Assembly: GCA_965217865.1 (NCBI GenBank)
Contig: CBDCJO010000002.1
Span: 3,328,001 to 3,392,000 of the forward strand
Source: Candidatus Latescibacterota bacterium
Lineage (GTDB): Bacteria > Latescibacterota > UBA2968 > SICM01
Length of the DNA: 64,000 nucleotides
Direction: 5' to 3'
Each line of letters starts with the position of its first letter. The stretch's first letter is position 1. The notes under the pieces were generated by a model. It was not told where the DNA came from. It made no database searches and saw nothing but the letters and a program-made list of their open reading frames with translations. The translations under genes were made by a program, and so were the position numbers. Shown here piece by piece: positions 9,858 to 19,209 of this stretch.

Positions 9858-10928
9858 ATGCTTTTCGACATGGACGTGGAGCGAACCGACGGCAGTGCAT
9901 CGGCTCGGGAAAGCAACTACGACTATCTGAGACGCTCGAACCGTCCTGCGGCCATCGAAATCTGCCACTGGATGAATGAATGGTTCTGCGAGCTGCCGTC
10001 CGATGCCAAGCCGAAAATTAAATCCCGGTTAACGGCCACGAAATGCAACACTTTCAACGGGGCTCGATTCGAATTGATTGTCCACCGAATGTTGAAGAAG
10101 CTGGGTCTCAGCGTCGAAATCGAAAGAGAAATACCAGGAACTGACAAGAAGATTGATTTTTTTGTTTGCCCTCTCCCGGGCGAGAACGAGAGGTCAGTCT
10201 ATTTGGAGGCGACTGTCGCCGGGTTCGGGAAAGGTCAACTGTCGTCCAACTGGAACGAACACGACGCGGTCGAAAAACTCAGACAGTATTTTTGTAGTCC
10301 GCATTCGGATATCTGGTTGAAGGCGGAGGGCACACTCCACCACACGCTAGGCAGGAAAGATATCGTTAGGCCGTTCCAAGAGCTATTGGAGCGGTATGGA
10401 CCAGAAGAAGTGCGTCAACTGCATTCCACTGGACGGCAGTGGAAAAAACCACATTGCGAAATCAAAGACGAACGCTGGGTGCTGACAGGGTACCTCGATC
10501 CACTACGTTCATCATCTGGCGTTGGGCAGGTTTTCGGTCCGGCGCGTAGCGGGACGGTCGATGGATCTAAGGCGATTCGAGATGAGCTATGCAAGAAAGC
10601 AAGTGGCTGTAGAAACGTAGATTTGCAGGGTATTCCCCTGCTTGTCGCTGTCAACGGTTGTGATTCCGAATTCTTTTTGAGTGAACATGATGAGATCGAT
10701 ATCCGACGCGCCCTGTTCAAGGAGCCTAATGGAGAGGAGTGCACCGGAGAGTTCCACGAATCTTTGCGTTGTCTGTCCGGGGTGATTGTCTTCAATCATG
10801 CCGTTCTGAGAAACGAAAGGCGGTCGAGAGTGCAGCTGTTCGGAAACGAAACCGGAGAGATTCCAGAGTATCTTCACTTTCTGTTCGCCCCTCAAGAGCT
10901 TGGCGTGTTGCTCGGTATCGAATCCTGA
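9858..10928 (+). CDS. Hypothetical protein, possible PD-(D/E)XK restriction-endonuclease fold
   Basis: 356 aa with AGGAG RBS; FELIVH...KKIDFFV...YLEAT resembles an E...(P)D...ExK core. Confidence 0.55.
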   Translation: MLFDMDVERTDGSASARESNYDYLRRSNRPAAIEICHWMNEWFCELPSDAKPKIKSRLTATKCNTFNGARFELIVHRMLKKLGLSVEIEREIPGTDKKIDFFVCPLPGENERSVYLEATVAGFGKGQLSSNWNEHDAVEKLRQYFCSPHSDIWLKAEGTLHHTLGRKDIVRPFQELLERYGPEEVRQLHSTGRQWKKPHCEIKDERWVLTGYLDPLRSSSGVGQVFGPARSGTVDGSKAIRDELCKKASGCRNVDLQGIPLLVAVNGCDSEFFLSEHDEIDIRRALFKEPNGEECTGEFHESLRCLSGVIVFNHAVLRNERRSRVQLFGNETGEIPEYLHFLFAPQELGVLLGIES

Positions 10929-11009
10929 AAAAAGCATCGGCCGAACAGATGCGTGAATTTGCGCGGGAGTGTGACTCCCGCCAACAGTTCATCAATCAGT
11001 CCTCTATAC

Positions 11010-11156
11010 GGCGACGCTGGGAGAACCAGCCCGCCGGCGGATGGTCGGTCGAAGACCTCGACGCGACAGAGATCCGGCGCACGGTCTCGGAGGCGATCCG
11101 GCGAGGCCGACTGGAAGACCCGGGGACTCGGGAACCGGCTGAATTGTTGCGCGGCG
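11010..11156 (+). pseudogene. Fragment of an AlbA/Schlafen-HATPase (RecG-C-like) ATP-binding protein
   Basis: RWENQPA..WSVEDLD..EIRRTV.EAIRRGRLEDP linker typical of this family. Confidence 0.45.
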
Positions 11157-11164
11157 GCGGTGCT

Positions 11165-11262
11165 GTTCGATGGTGTTGGTCGCCACGAAGTTGAAGATCA
11201 GGCAGTCGTGCCGCTGGCCGTAGCGGTGGATGCGGCCCATCCGCTGCTCGAGCCGGTTCGGG
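11165..11262 (-). pseudogene. SNF2-helicase motif VI fragment
   Basis: Minus strand PNRLEQRMGRIHRYGQRHDCLIFNFVATNTIE. Confidence 0.7.
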
Positions 11263-11679
11263 AGTCAGGAGAAAGGATCCTCATGTTTTCAAGGATGAAT
11301 TATCGGGTATTTTCTCGGTCTCTTTCTTGATCTCCAATTAATTCGTGAATAACGCCTCGGAAGACCGTTGAAATCTGTAAGATTCCCATAATCCACCAGA
11401 TTATCCGAAACTGACGAGTTACAGGTACCGTGAGAATCAAAGGTCCGCTCTTTCATTACTCTTGATTTCCCTCCCGGTGCGCTTTGTTGATCCATTCCAC
11501 AGACGAGCATCGCGAGACATCGAGGTAAACATTCGGCATCCATAGCGTCGCGTATGAGGTCAGTCGAGTTCGCCACGCAGCCACCGGGCCAGCGCCTTCT
11601 TCGGAGAAGAGATCTCCCTCACAGACGTATAGTAGTAGTCTTCCCACCCCCATTGTGTTGTGCAATGAAAGGCCCGATC

Positions 11680-11814
11680 TTTCGGACCATCCAGCTTTTG
11701 GACAGCATCTTTGGCCAGTGCAACCTGGATTTCAGTCTGCCAGAGGGCATTGTGTAAAAACAGTCACTTACTTGTCCAAAAAAGGCCCATTCTGATTTAT
11801 CTTGGACAGCAGTG
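11680..11814 (+). mobile_element. Possible IS4-like right-end remnant
   Basis: Short C-terminal reading QLLDSIFGQCNLDF followed by an end-like TTATCTTGGACAGCAGTG; recalled similarity only. Confidence 0.3.
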
Positions 11815-12428
11815 TAAAAATTTATGTAATTTTTCGTAAATCTCCCTTATCGGAAATCCCGACCCTTCGACCATCGTGACGGGAGCACAGAAATACGGGC
11901 CTGTCGAGCCGAGGGAGCTACGGCACCACGGCCGACAAGAGGCTAGAGAACACTCGCCATCCGGTTCTGACGCGCAAGCTGCGGTAGGCCAACGGACCTG
12001 CTTCTTTTTCGAAACGCCTTGGTGGTGCGTATGCTGTTGGCGGATACCGTGATCTGGATTGCCCAGGGGCTTCTGGCGACCACACAAGCCATATCCTCTG
12101 CGTCCATGACCTCCTGCCAAGATCGCTCAACGAAGGCCGGGGCGCCTCGGCGCACCGTACCACACATAGCCATCCGGTATCTGCACGTCGAGCATCTCTT
12201 CGAGGCACAACGCCTGAGCACAGAGCTGTAGATCGGCTGCCGACCCATGCCGGACGCCCGATTTGTATTCAACAGGCAGCGTTGAGGGTTGAGTTTGCTT
12301 GCGCTTGCTGAATCTTAAGACGCCTTGCCTTGCAAGGGAAGATTCAGCCCCTCAACGCTGTTATTTTCCTCCTTCACTCAATATAGAAATCGTTAGACGC
12401 AACATTGTTTTTGTCATAACCAATTAGT

Positions 12429-13260
12429 ATGGGGGAGCAAAAGAGAAGATTGGAAGCCAGACGCCCAATATCCATTCCAACTTCGTTTGATTACGATGTG
12501 CCGATCGAAACACAGATTCCACTGATCGCGCGGGCCGGGTTTACGCATGTTTCTTTAGGAGGAAGAAAGGTCCACACAGCTTATCTTTCAAAGCCTGCCA
12601 GAACTGCACTCAAGCAACTTTTGATTGAACACCGACTCAGTATGGATACTATCCACGGGCCGAATGCTGACCAACCCAATTGCATTGATGTTTTATTGGG
12701 CATTTCGGAGGCGGCAGTGGAATTATCTGGTGCCGGTCGTGGTTATACACGGAGGGCCATTTAGTTTTGGGGAAGACGAATTACCGTCCCGTTTTGAGGA
12801 ACTTCTTATTACGTGTGAAGCACTTGAGCCAATTGCGCGTGAAAAAGGCATCACGTTTGCACTTGAGAACGTGCTTCCAGGTCCGGCCACGGAACTCGTT
12901 CGGCGCGCGGTCCTCGAACTTAATCCAGAGCACTTCGGGTTTTGCTATGATTCCGCCCACGATCAGATTGGAGGTCCGAGGCCATTCGATCTTCTCTCGC
13001 AACTCAGGAACAGGGTTGTTGCGGTACACCTATCGGACCGCATTCGGAAACATGTAGATCATCTCATTCCTGGCAGCGGGTTCATCGATTGGATATCCCT
13101 TTCAGAGGAGTTGCGGCGCACGCCTTTTCCTGGGCCGTTGCTTTTGGAGGTGTCAGTTACCCACTCTGATGTGAAGGATACGAAAGATTTCCTGAGCCTG
13201 GCCTACCAAAAGGGGTGCTGGATTTACGATATGATATTTGACTCGCTCCAAACTAACTAA
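12429..13260 (+). pseudogene. Sugar phosphate isomerase/epimerase (xylose-isomerase-like TIM barrel), frameshifted; probable integron cassette gene
   Basis: IHGP, ALENV, GFCYDSAH, HLSD, DHLIPGSG split across two frames by one extra G near 12730. Confidence 0.75.
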
Positions 13261-13355
13261 CACCAGAATAAGGACACCATGATCGGCTCCGCTTGGCTTT
13301 GGAGTTTTACAAAAACAATGCAGACGCCTAACACATATTAAAGGCCCCGGGTCAA

Positions 13356-13833
13356 GAAAAAAAGACTCCTCCATCACGATTTTCACCGTTTTTTTGCGAC
13401 CCTAACGTTCGGGGCGTGCAATGAGCCGATCCGAAGAGGTTTGGCGATGTTCGGATCTTTGTCAGTCGTCGGTCTGACTTGATTTTCACAAACCGGGCTA
13501 GATGTGAGCCATCTGCACCAAACACGTATCGGGAATCAAGCGCCTCTCACGGTATACTGTGGAGCGCCCTGGGAGAGGCATTGTCCTCTCCCTCCAGAAA
13601 ATAATCGGTACCCCTTGAGTCCCAATCAAGAAGGATGGCTGTTCTCCCCTTTTATGAGGGGGAACGCCAGTTAGGTTCGGGTTCATCGCGGGGGCAGACG
13701 GACTGACTGTCTCAGATCCGCTCATCTATGTTCTAAATAAGGGGTGAAGGCGGCTTCCCAATCAAGCCGATGAGCTGGGCTATTGTCCGGACGTTGCCCT
13801 GCCAGTTAGGCGCCGGGTTAACCGCCCCACCCA
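13356..13833 (-). ncRNA. Candidate bridge/seek RNA with repeated target-binding loop modules
   Basis: Non-coding and hairpin-rich; two CCTAACTGGC...CTTGATTGGGA modules match the GCCTAAC insertion site; RNA boundaries unknown. Confidence 0.6.
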
Positions 13834-14877
13834 TTATGCTACAAACCGTTTCTCGTCGAATGCCTGGCCGTTTTTGAGCATTTGGTAGGCGGCCACGCCG
13901 AATTTGTGAGCGATGACGCTCTTGGCTTTTCCCGGACCTTGTTTGCTTTTGAGCTTCTCGTAGTATCTATTGATCGGTTCTGACCATCGCTGGGCGACGA
14001 GGATGATTTCTGAGAAGGCCCACTTTAGGTGTGGGTTGCCGATTTTGTTATTCCCGTCCTTTGTCTTCTTTCCAGCGGACTCTCTCTCGACTTTGATCAG
14101 CCGGCTGTAGGAGGAGAAGGCTGAAGCGGATTTGAACCGTTCAATCGTGTGGATTTCATACAGGATGGTCATGGCCAACATCTCCCCAAGTCCGGGAACC
14201 GTCATCAGGATAGACAGGACATTGCGATCGTGATGTTTGGCCTGTGCCAAGACTTGCTTCTCGACTTTGTAGATCATTTTGTCCAGGGAGTCAACCAGGT
14301 CCAGATCGCAGTCCACAGACATACTCAGATCTGGGTCGGCCAGACGTTCGCACAGCTTTCTCCTGTTGCTCTTCTTTTTGACCTGGTCGCTGAGAGGATC
14401 CAGGATAGCTTGCTGAGAGAAGGTGTTCTGGATGTGGGTGTAACACTCAGCCCGTAAGGCCACAAACCGGTGTCTTCGCCGGAGCAGGTCCCGGGTTGCC
14501 CGCATCTCTTGCGGATAGGCATAGGCCATCGGGAACAGGTTGCAGCGCATCAGCTCAGCCAGCATTCTGGAATCGAGACGGTCGTTCTTTTTCTTGCCCC
14601 CATGGATCGCCTTCATATACAGGGCGTGTCCCAGGTAGAATGGAATCCCGGCCTTGTGACACCCGTCAGCCAGCCAGTACCAGTTGAAGGTTGACTCCAC
14701 CCCGACGGCGATGCTACCGAGGTGAGTTTCCAGCACCTGCAGCAGGAGCTTGAAGTCGTTTTTCAGGTTGCGCTGGAACACAATCTCTCCCATCTTGTCC
14801 ATGATGCAGACAAACATCGTTCTGGCGTGGAGATCGATGCCACAGAAATAGTTCGAGTCGATCCTTGCGTATTGCAT
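13834..14877 (-). CDS. IS110-family recombinase/transposase (DEDD RuvC-like plus Transposase_20)
   Basis: GIDLH, VGVES, KKKNDRLDS, VPGLG, RESAGK (catalytic Ser), GNPHLKWAF; AGGAGG RBS. Confidence 0.93.
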   Translation of the reverse strand: MQYARIDSNYFCGIDLHARTMFVCIMDKMGEIVFQRNLKNDFKLLLQVLETHLGSIAVGVESTFNWYWLADGCHKAGIPFYLGHALYMKAIHGGKKKNDRLDSRMLAELMRCNLFPMAYAYPQEMRATRDLLRRRHRFVALRAECYTHIQNTFSQQAILDPLSDQVKKKSNRRKLCERLADPDLSMSVDCDLDLVDSLDKMIYKVEKQVLAQAKHHDRNVLSILMTVPGLGEMLAMTILYEIHTIERFKSASAFSSYSRLIKVERESAGKKTKDGNNKIGNPHLKWAFSEIILVAQRWSEPINRYYEKLKSKQGPGKAKSVIAHKFGVAAYQMLKNGQAFDEKRFVA

Positions 14878-15047
14878 AAGGCCCTCCTGTGGGAGAAAGG
14901 TGATTGAGATATCCGGATCTCAATTATAACCTCTCCTGACAACGAGGGCCTTTATATTAATATCAAAGTGCCCACGGCTGCGCCTGTCATCCGGTTTGCA
15001 TAGAACAAAAGCGCAAACCGGCTGCCAGTGCTCGACCTAAACCGCCC

Positions 15048-15270
15048 TCATCGGCAACCGTGGATCCCCGTGCAGGTATCGGGACCGAGTTCGATTTGGT
15101 ATCACTTGGCGTAATAACGAGTGGATCGTGCTGGGACTTATCCGAGATCCGGGGTGGATTGATCCAGACCTCGGAAGGCAGGTCGGTTGGCTGTGACACC
15201 TCTTATGGAGACGGCCGGAAACTTCACTGAATTCCAACTTTCAGTGTCTCAAAATTGTTGACATGTTCCG
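15048..15270. mobile_element. IS3-family end remnant with internal inversion
   Basis: 15048-15176 is a direct copy of 2304-2432; 15194-15270 is the reverse complement of 2230-2306. Confidence 0.7.
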
Positions 15271-16099
15271 ATCACCAAAGCGCCCTTGGGTGGCACGCGG
15301 CCTACGTTCCGTCGTGCGCTACGAGGAGCATGTGCGCAAGCTGGATAACCGGTCCGGTTTCATCGACGAGACCTCAAAATTATCGCCACAAGGGGCACGG
15401 CGAACAGGCGGGATGCAAGCCATGACCATCCCAACGATATTCGAGACAAACACGGCGGGGAAGGCGGCAAACTCTAACGAAACAGCCACCATCATCGGGA
15501 TCGTCTCCGGTACCGATACCCTGAAATACAAGGCTGACCAGCAAAACCCTGCGTTCACCGGGCCGGGGGGGGCAGTGGGTGGCGTGGTGGTACGGAGCCC
15601 GGACGGGAAACCTCCGACGCGGAACTGCTCAAATTCGGGGGACCTGGTCCGGCTCCAGTGAATACATACCGGGGGACGTTCCCAAACGTCGAACCAGGCT
15701 GTTAAATAAGGCAGACGGGAAAAACAGAGAATCAGAGAATCCGGGAGGAGATATCTCTGCTCAGCGGGCGCAACCCCACGGTTGTGCTCGAACACCGGGG
15801 GGAACGCTTCGAAACAGAGAATCGGCAGAGAGGGGAAGGAGGTGGCCCAAGTGTTTGTGAATACGACAGAAACGACAAGACTCCGAAGGGTTGCCCCACG
15901 GGGTCTTGCGTTAACGGACGACCGCCGAAGTTGGCGGATTGGAATCTGGCTCCCCATATGATCCTTTCCCCGGAACCATTCTCTGTTCGTCAGTCGTAAC
16001 ATGCTGTATTGAAAGGAGCTATCGTAATTACGCCCGCGCCGCAGACGCGGAAGACAGCGTCAAGACGACTTCCGCCCTTCAGGTCAAAACAGCCACTTC

Positions 16100-16215
16100 T
16101 CCGACATGGGATCAGGATATCCGGGTCGTCGTTACCCACGCTGTTCACCTTGGTGCTGACGGCGCGCCTTTCGTAGGGGCCAACACAGGCTTCACGCATC
16201 AACTCGAGAAGCCGT
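16100..16215 (-). pseudogene. SOS-response-associated peptidase (SRAP), C-terminal fragment
   Basis: RAVSTKVNSVGNDDPDILIP resembles the conserved SRAP C-terminus. Confidence 0.5.
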
Positions 16216-16601
16216 GGTGAGGTCGTTGTCCACGTTCTGGACCGCCTCACGCTGTCGGAAGCTGTGGCGGAGGAACCGTTTAACCTGAAGAAATTCTACA
16301 TAGTGCGGCGCAAATCTCAAATCCCCTCTTCCCACACCCGCCAAATCGCCACTCTTATCTTCCCCTCCATCCGCTCGTAGCTTCTGATCGCTCGGATCTG
16401 AAGCCTCCCTGATTGACAGCTTCCGGCCAAACGGCTATATTACTCGATTGTCTGACTGCCCCTAATCGTCTTGGCTCCCAGTCTCGCGCACTCCCGGAAT
16501 GCAGTGAGGAGCAAGACCACGCTCGTCGAAACCGTGGCGGGCGCGTGGGGAGCAGGAAGCATATCGGGTTCTCAAATATGAACAGGGAACAGAAGCAGAG
16601 T

Positions 16602-17392
16602 ATGAAGCTGGAAGATCTCCAGGCCAATGCTGCGGTGCATGGCATCCTATCCGACTCTCTCGTCACGGTGGTCAGCGTGCAGTGGTTCGGCTCCGAAGCG
16701 CTTGAGTTGACGTACAAGACACCTGCCGGAAAGGTTGCCAATGAGCTTCTGTACCGTCACGACGAAGCCCGGCTCGAGATCGTCGAAGTCGGCCGGCCAT
16801 GGAGCTTTGACGGAGACGGTGCGTTGTTCCGCCTGGTCTCCGAGGCGCAGCGGATACGCCTCGCGCATCTCTTCGATCCGGTGCTCGCCGTGCACACCTC
16901 GGTCGTCGAGCCGTTGCCCCATCAGATCACCGCGGTCTACGAATCCATGCTGTCCCGTCAACCCCTTCGCTTTCTTCTCGCCGATGACCCGGGCGCCGGC
17001 AAGACGATCATGGCGGGGTTGCTCATCAAGGAGTTGATCGCTCGCGGGGATCTGCAGCGGTGTCTGGTCGTCTGTCCCGGCAGTCTCGCAGAGCAATGGC
17101 AGGATGAGCTTTACCGCCGGTTCCAGCTGCCCTTCGACATCCTGACAAACGACAATCTCGAAGCCGCGCGCACAGGGAACTGGTTCCTGGAATCCAATCT
17201 CGTTATTGCCCGGCTGGATAAGCTCTCTCGCAACGAAGACGTTCAGCAGAAGCTGCAGGTTCCGGATTGCCGCTGGGACCTCGTCGTGTGCGACGAGGCG
17301 CATAAGATGTCGGCGACGTTATTCGGTGGTGAAGTCAAGTACACGAAGCGCTACCGGCTGGGGCAACTGCTGTCGAGTCTCACCCGCCATTT
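16602..17392 (+). pseudogene. SNF2-family helicase, N-terminal part truncated by IS3 copy 2
   Basis: PLPHQ, LLADDPGAGKT (Walker A), QWQDEL, VVCDEAH; ends at the IS terminus. Confidence 0.88.
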
Positions 17393-17444
17393 TGTATCTA
17401 TTCTGAGATAACAAGAGAAAAGCAGATAAAGGTCCAAGCAAGAT

Positions 17445-18476
17445 TCAGGCAGCCTTGTGGATGGTCTGGGATGTTCTTTGCCGATTGATTTCTATGCGGC
17501 GCTGCCGAGCCTCCTCCTTTCGACCTTGTCGGTGGTGAAGAATCTTTTGATGCTGGCCTTTATGCCTCTGAAGAGGCGTGACATACTGTATTGCCCCGTG
17601 ATAGCGTTCGGCGTTGTAGCTGTGAATGAAGGAATCAATCAGGCCTTCCAGTTGATGGAATGTGAAGATGTCCTGGAAGCGCAGCCAGTCGTATTTGAAT
17701 GTCCGGAAAAAGGCTTCGATCCAGGCGTTGTCCGTGGGTGTTTGATATCGGGCAAACAGCTGCGAGATGCCCAGGTCCTTGAAGAATTGGGCCATCGATT
17801 TGGCCTTCATCTGAGATCCGTGATCTGAGAGGGCTGTCAAGCTTATGGGCCCAGTGTCCAGGTCCAGCAGTCCTTCGTTGGCAAGGGCTTGATCCCAGGC
17901 CTGTTTGACCTGCTCCACGGTCGCGTTGAAGGAGAGCTTCCATCCTACGATCTTCCTGGAATACACGTCGAGAATGGCGGTAAAATACAGGAACAAACCG
18001 AAAAATGGGATGTAGGTCAGGTCCCAGCTCCAGACCTGATTAGGACCTTCAGGTTTGACCTGGGGCTTGCTCTGCTTGACCGGCGTCCTCACCTGTTTCC
18101 TGCGTGCCAGACGTTCTTTCCTGGCCTGTCGGTAGAAGCTGGAGGCCGAGGCCTGCACTACCCCCTTCTCTGAGGCTACCACCGCCAGCTGATGGGGAGG
18201 CAGATCGGCATAGGTCTCATCCCTTAAGAGGGCCGGGATTTGCTCTTTCTCCTCCCTCAGCAATCCGTGTGGGGCCTCATCAGGGGCGGGCCCGGGCTTC
18301 CCATCCAAAAGCGGGTCCGACACCCCATCCAGCTTCTCTTCTCGATCTCGCCGGCTCCAGGCACAATACCGCTGGAGGGGAAGCTGTAGGATCTCGCAAG
18401 AACGGGTGAGTTTCACCCCTTTCTCCTTGGCCCGATGGACCATTAAGAGGATCTCGCGTTTGACCTCAGCTTGCAC
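17445..18476 (-). CDS. IS3-family transposase OrfB
   Basis: Same protein as 8019-9050 except one K>E change. Confidence 0.9.
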   Translation of the reverse strand: MQAEVKREILLMVHRAKEKGVKLTRSCEILQLPLQRYCAWSRRDREEKLDGVSDPLLDGKPGPAPDEAPHGLLREEKEQIPALLRDETYADLPPHQLAVVASEKGVVQASASSFYRQARKERLARRKQVRTPVKQSKPQVKPEGPNQVWSWDLTYIPFFGLFLYFTAILDVYSRKIVGWKLSFNATVEQVKQAWDQALANEGLLDLDTGPISLTALSDHGSQMKAKSMAQFFKDLGISQLFARYQTPTDNAWIEAFFRTFKYDWLRFQDIFTFHQLEGLIDSFIHSYNAERYHGAIQYVTPLQRHKGQHQKILHHRQGRKEEARQRRIEINRQRTSQTIHKAA

Positions 18477-18499
18477 CCGGTGGCCCTTGATCGGGCCTG

Positions 18500-18835
18500 T
18501 CAGATCCCATTCACACTTTTTTTTAGCAGGGAAAGTTCCACAGATTGCTCAATGATCGTTTGCTCCAGGCGTGCCCGCTCTTTGCGCAGCTGCTCCACCT
18601 CCTCAGCCGATACCATCGGCTTGCGGCTCCGGCGACCCTTGAACTCCTTGAGGGCCCCGGACTTGACCGACTCACGAATACGCTTTAGATCCGAGGAATG
18701 AATGCCCCATTTCCGCAGCACCTGTGCAATGGGAACATCTCCCCGGCTGGCTTCAAGGAAAATCTCATACTTCTGTTCCGGGGACAAGCTCCTGCGCTTC
18801 TTGACCGGGTCACTGTTTGAGGACAGTTGCTCCAT
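18500..18835 (-). CDS. IS3-family transposase OrfA
   Basis: Identical protein to 7660-7995. Confidence 0.85.
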   Translation of the reverse strand: MEQLSSNSDPVKKRRSLSPEQKYEIFLEASRGDVPIAQVLRKWGIHSSDLKRIRESVKSGALKEFKGRRSRKPMVSAEEVEQLRKERARLEQTIIEQSVELSLLKKSVNGI

Positions 18836-19209
18836 CTTTACTCCTCCTGTGAGGTCAGGGATATCCCAAAATATGTATCCCTTCTCAACCCTACAGGCAA
18901 CCAGGATCTTGCTTCGACCTTGCCCCCGTTTTTTCGGGCGATCTCAGACAAAAGATACATGCGAGGATGTTCGACCACGACCTAAAGGAGATCGAAAATG
19001 AGGCGTTCGAAGGAAGCCGAAACTCAAGCTCGTGAGGCGAAGATGCTTGATGATCTCCTGAAGGACCTACTCATCCTGCCGGAACTCCCTGATCTCCCCC
19101 CATTCGTGTGACTGTCGCACTCCACTGTTGCAACTCCACTGTCCCGCTCCACGGTCAAGTCTTAAGCGTCCTGCAAAATGCAAGCCTTCAACTGGAGGTC
19201 CAGTGAGGT

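Larger units (their letters stand above)
13332..14965 (-). mobile_element. IS110-family (IS1111-type) element
   Basis: Sub-terminal IRs ATATTAAAGGCCC (13335) and GGGCCTTTATAT (14946); CA at both junctions; short upstream and ~500-bp downstream non-coding ends. Confidence 0.85.
13326..15045 (+). other. Degenerate integron attC-like site interrupted by the IS110 element
   Basis: GCCTAAC (RYYYAAC) at 13326-13332; resumes at 14966 with hairpin CCGGTTTGC-loop-GCAAACCGG; right core lost at the IS3 remnant; GTTAGAC (GTTRRRY) at 12392 upstream of the gene. Confidence 0.6.
17393..18959 (-). mobile_element. IS3-family element, copy 2 (inverted)
   Basis: Complete TG...CA ends; two substitutions noticed versus copy 1; no target duplication. 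Confidence 0.92.

Noticed and set aside
13531-13814. CRISPR array in the IS110 non-coding end
   Set aside because: Conserved blocks are only ~10 nt, irregularly spaced, inside IS ends, and no cas genes are present
15263-16100. Overlapping ORFs of 70-227 aa
   Set aside because: No RBS or family motifs recognised; probably fragment mosaic
7537-18959. Composite transposon bounded by the inverted IS3 copies
   Set aside because: Copy 1 has its own target duplication and the outer flanks share no direct repeat
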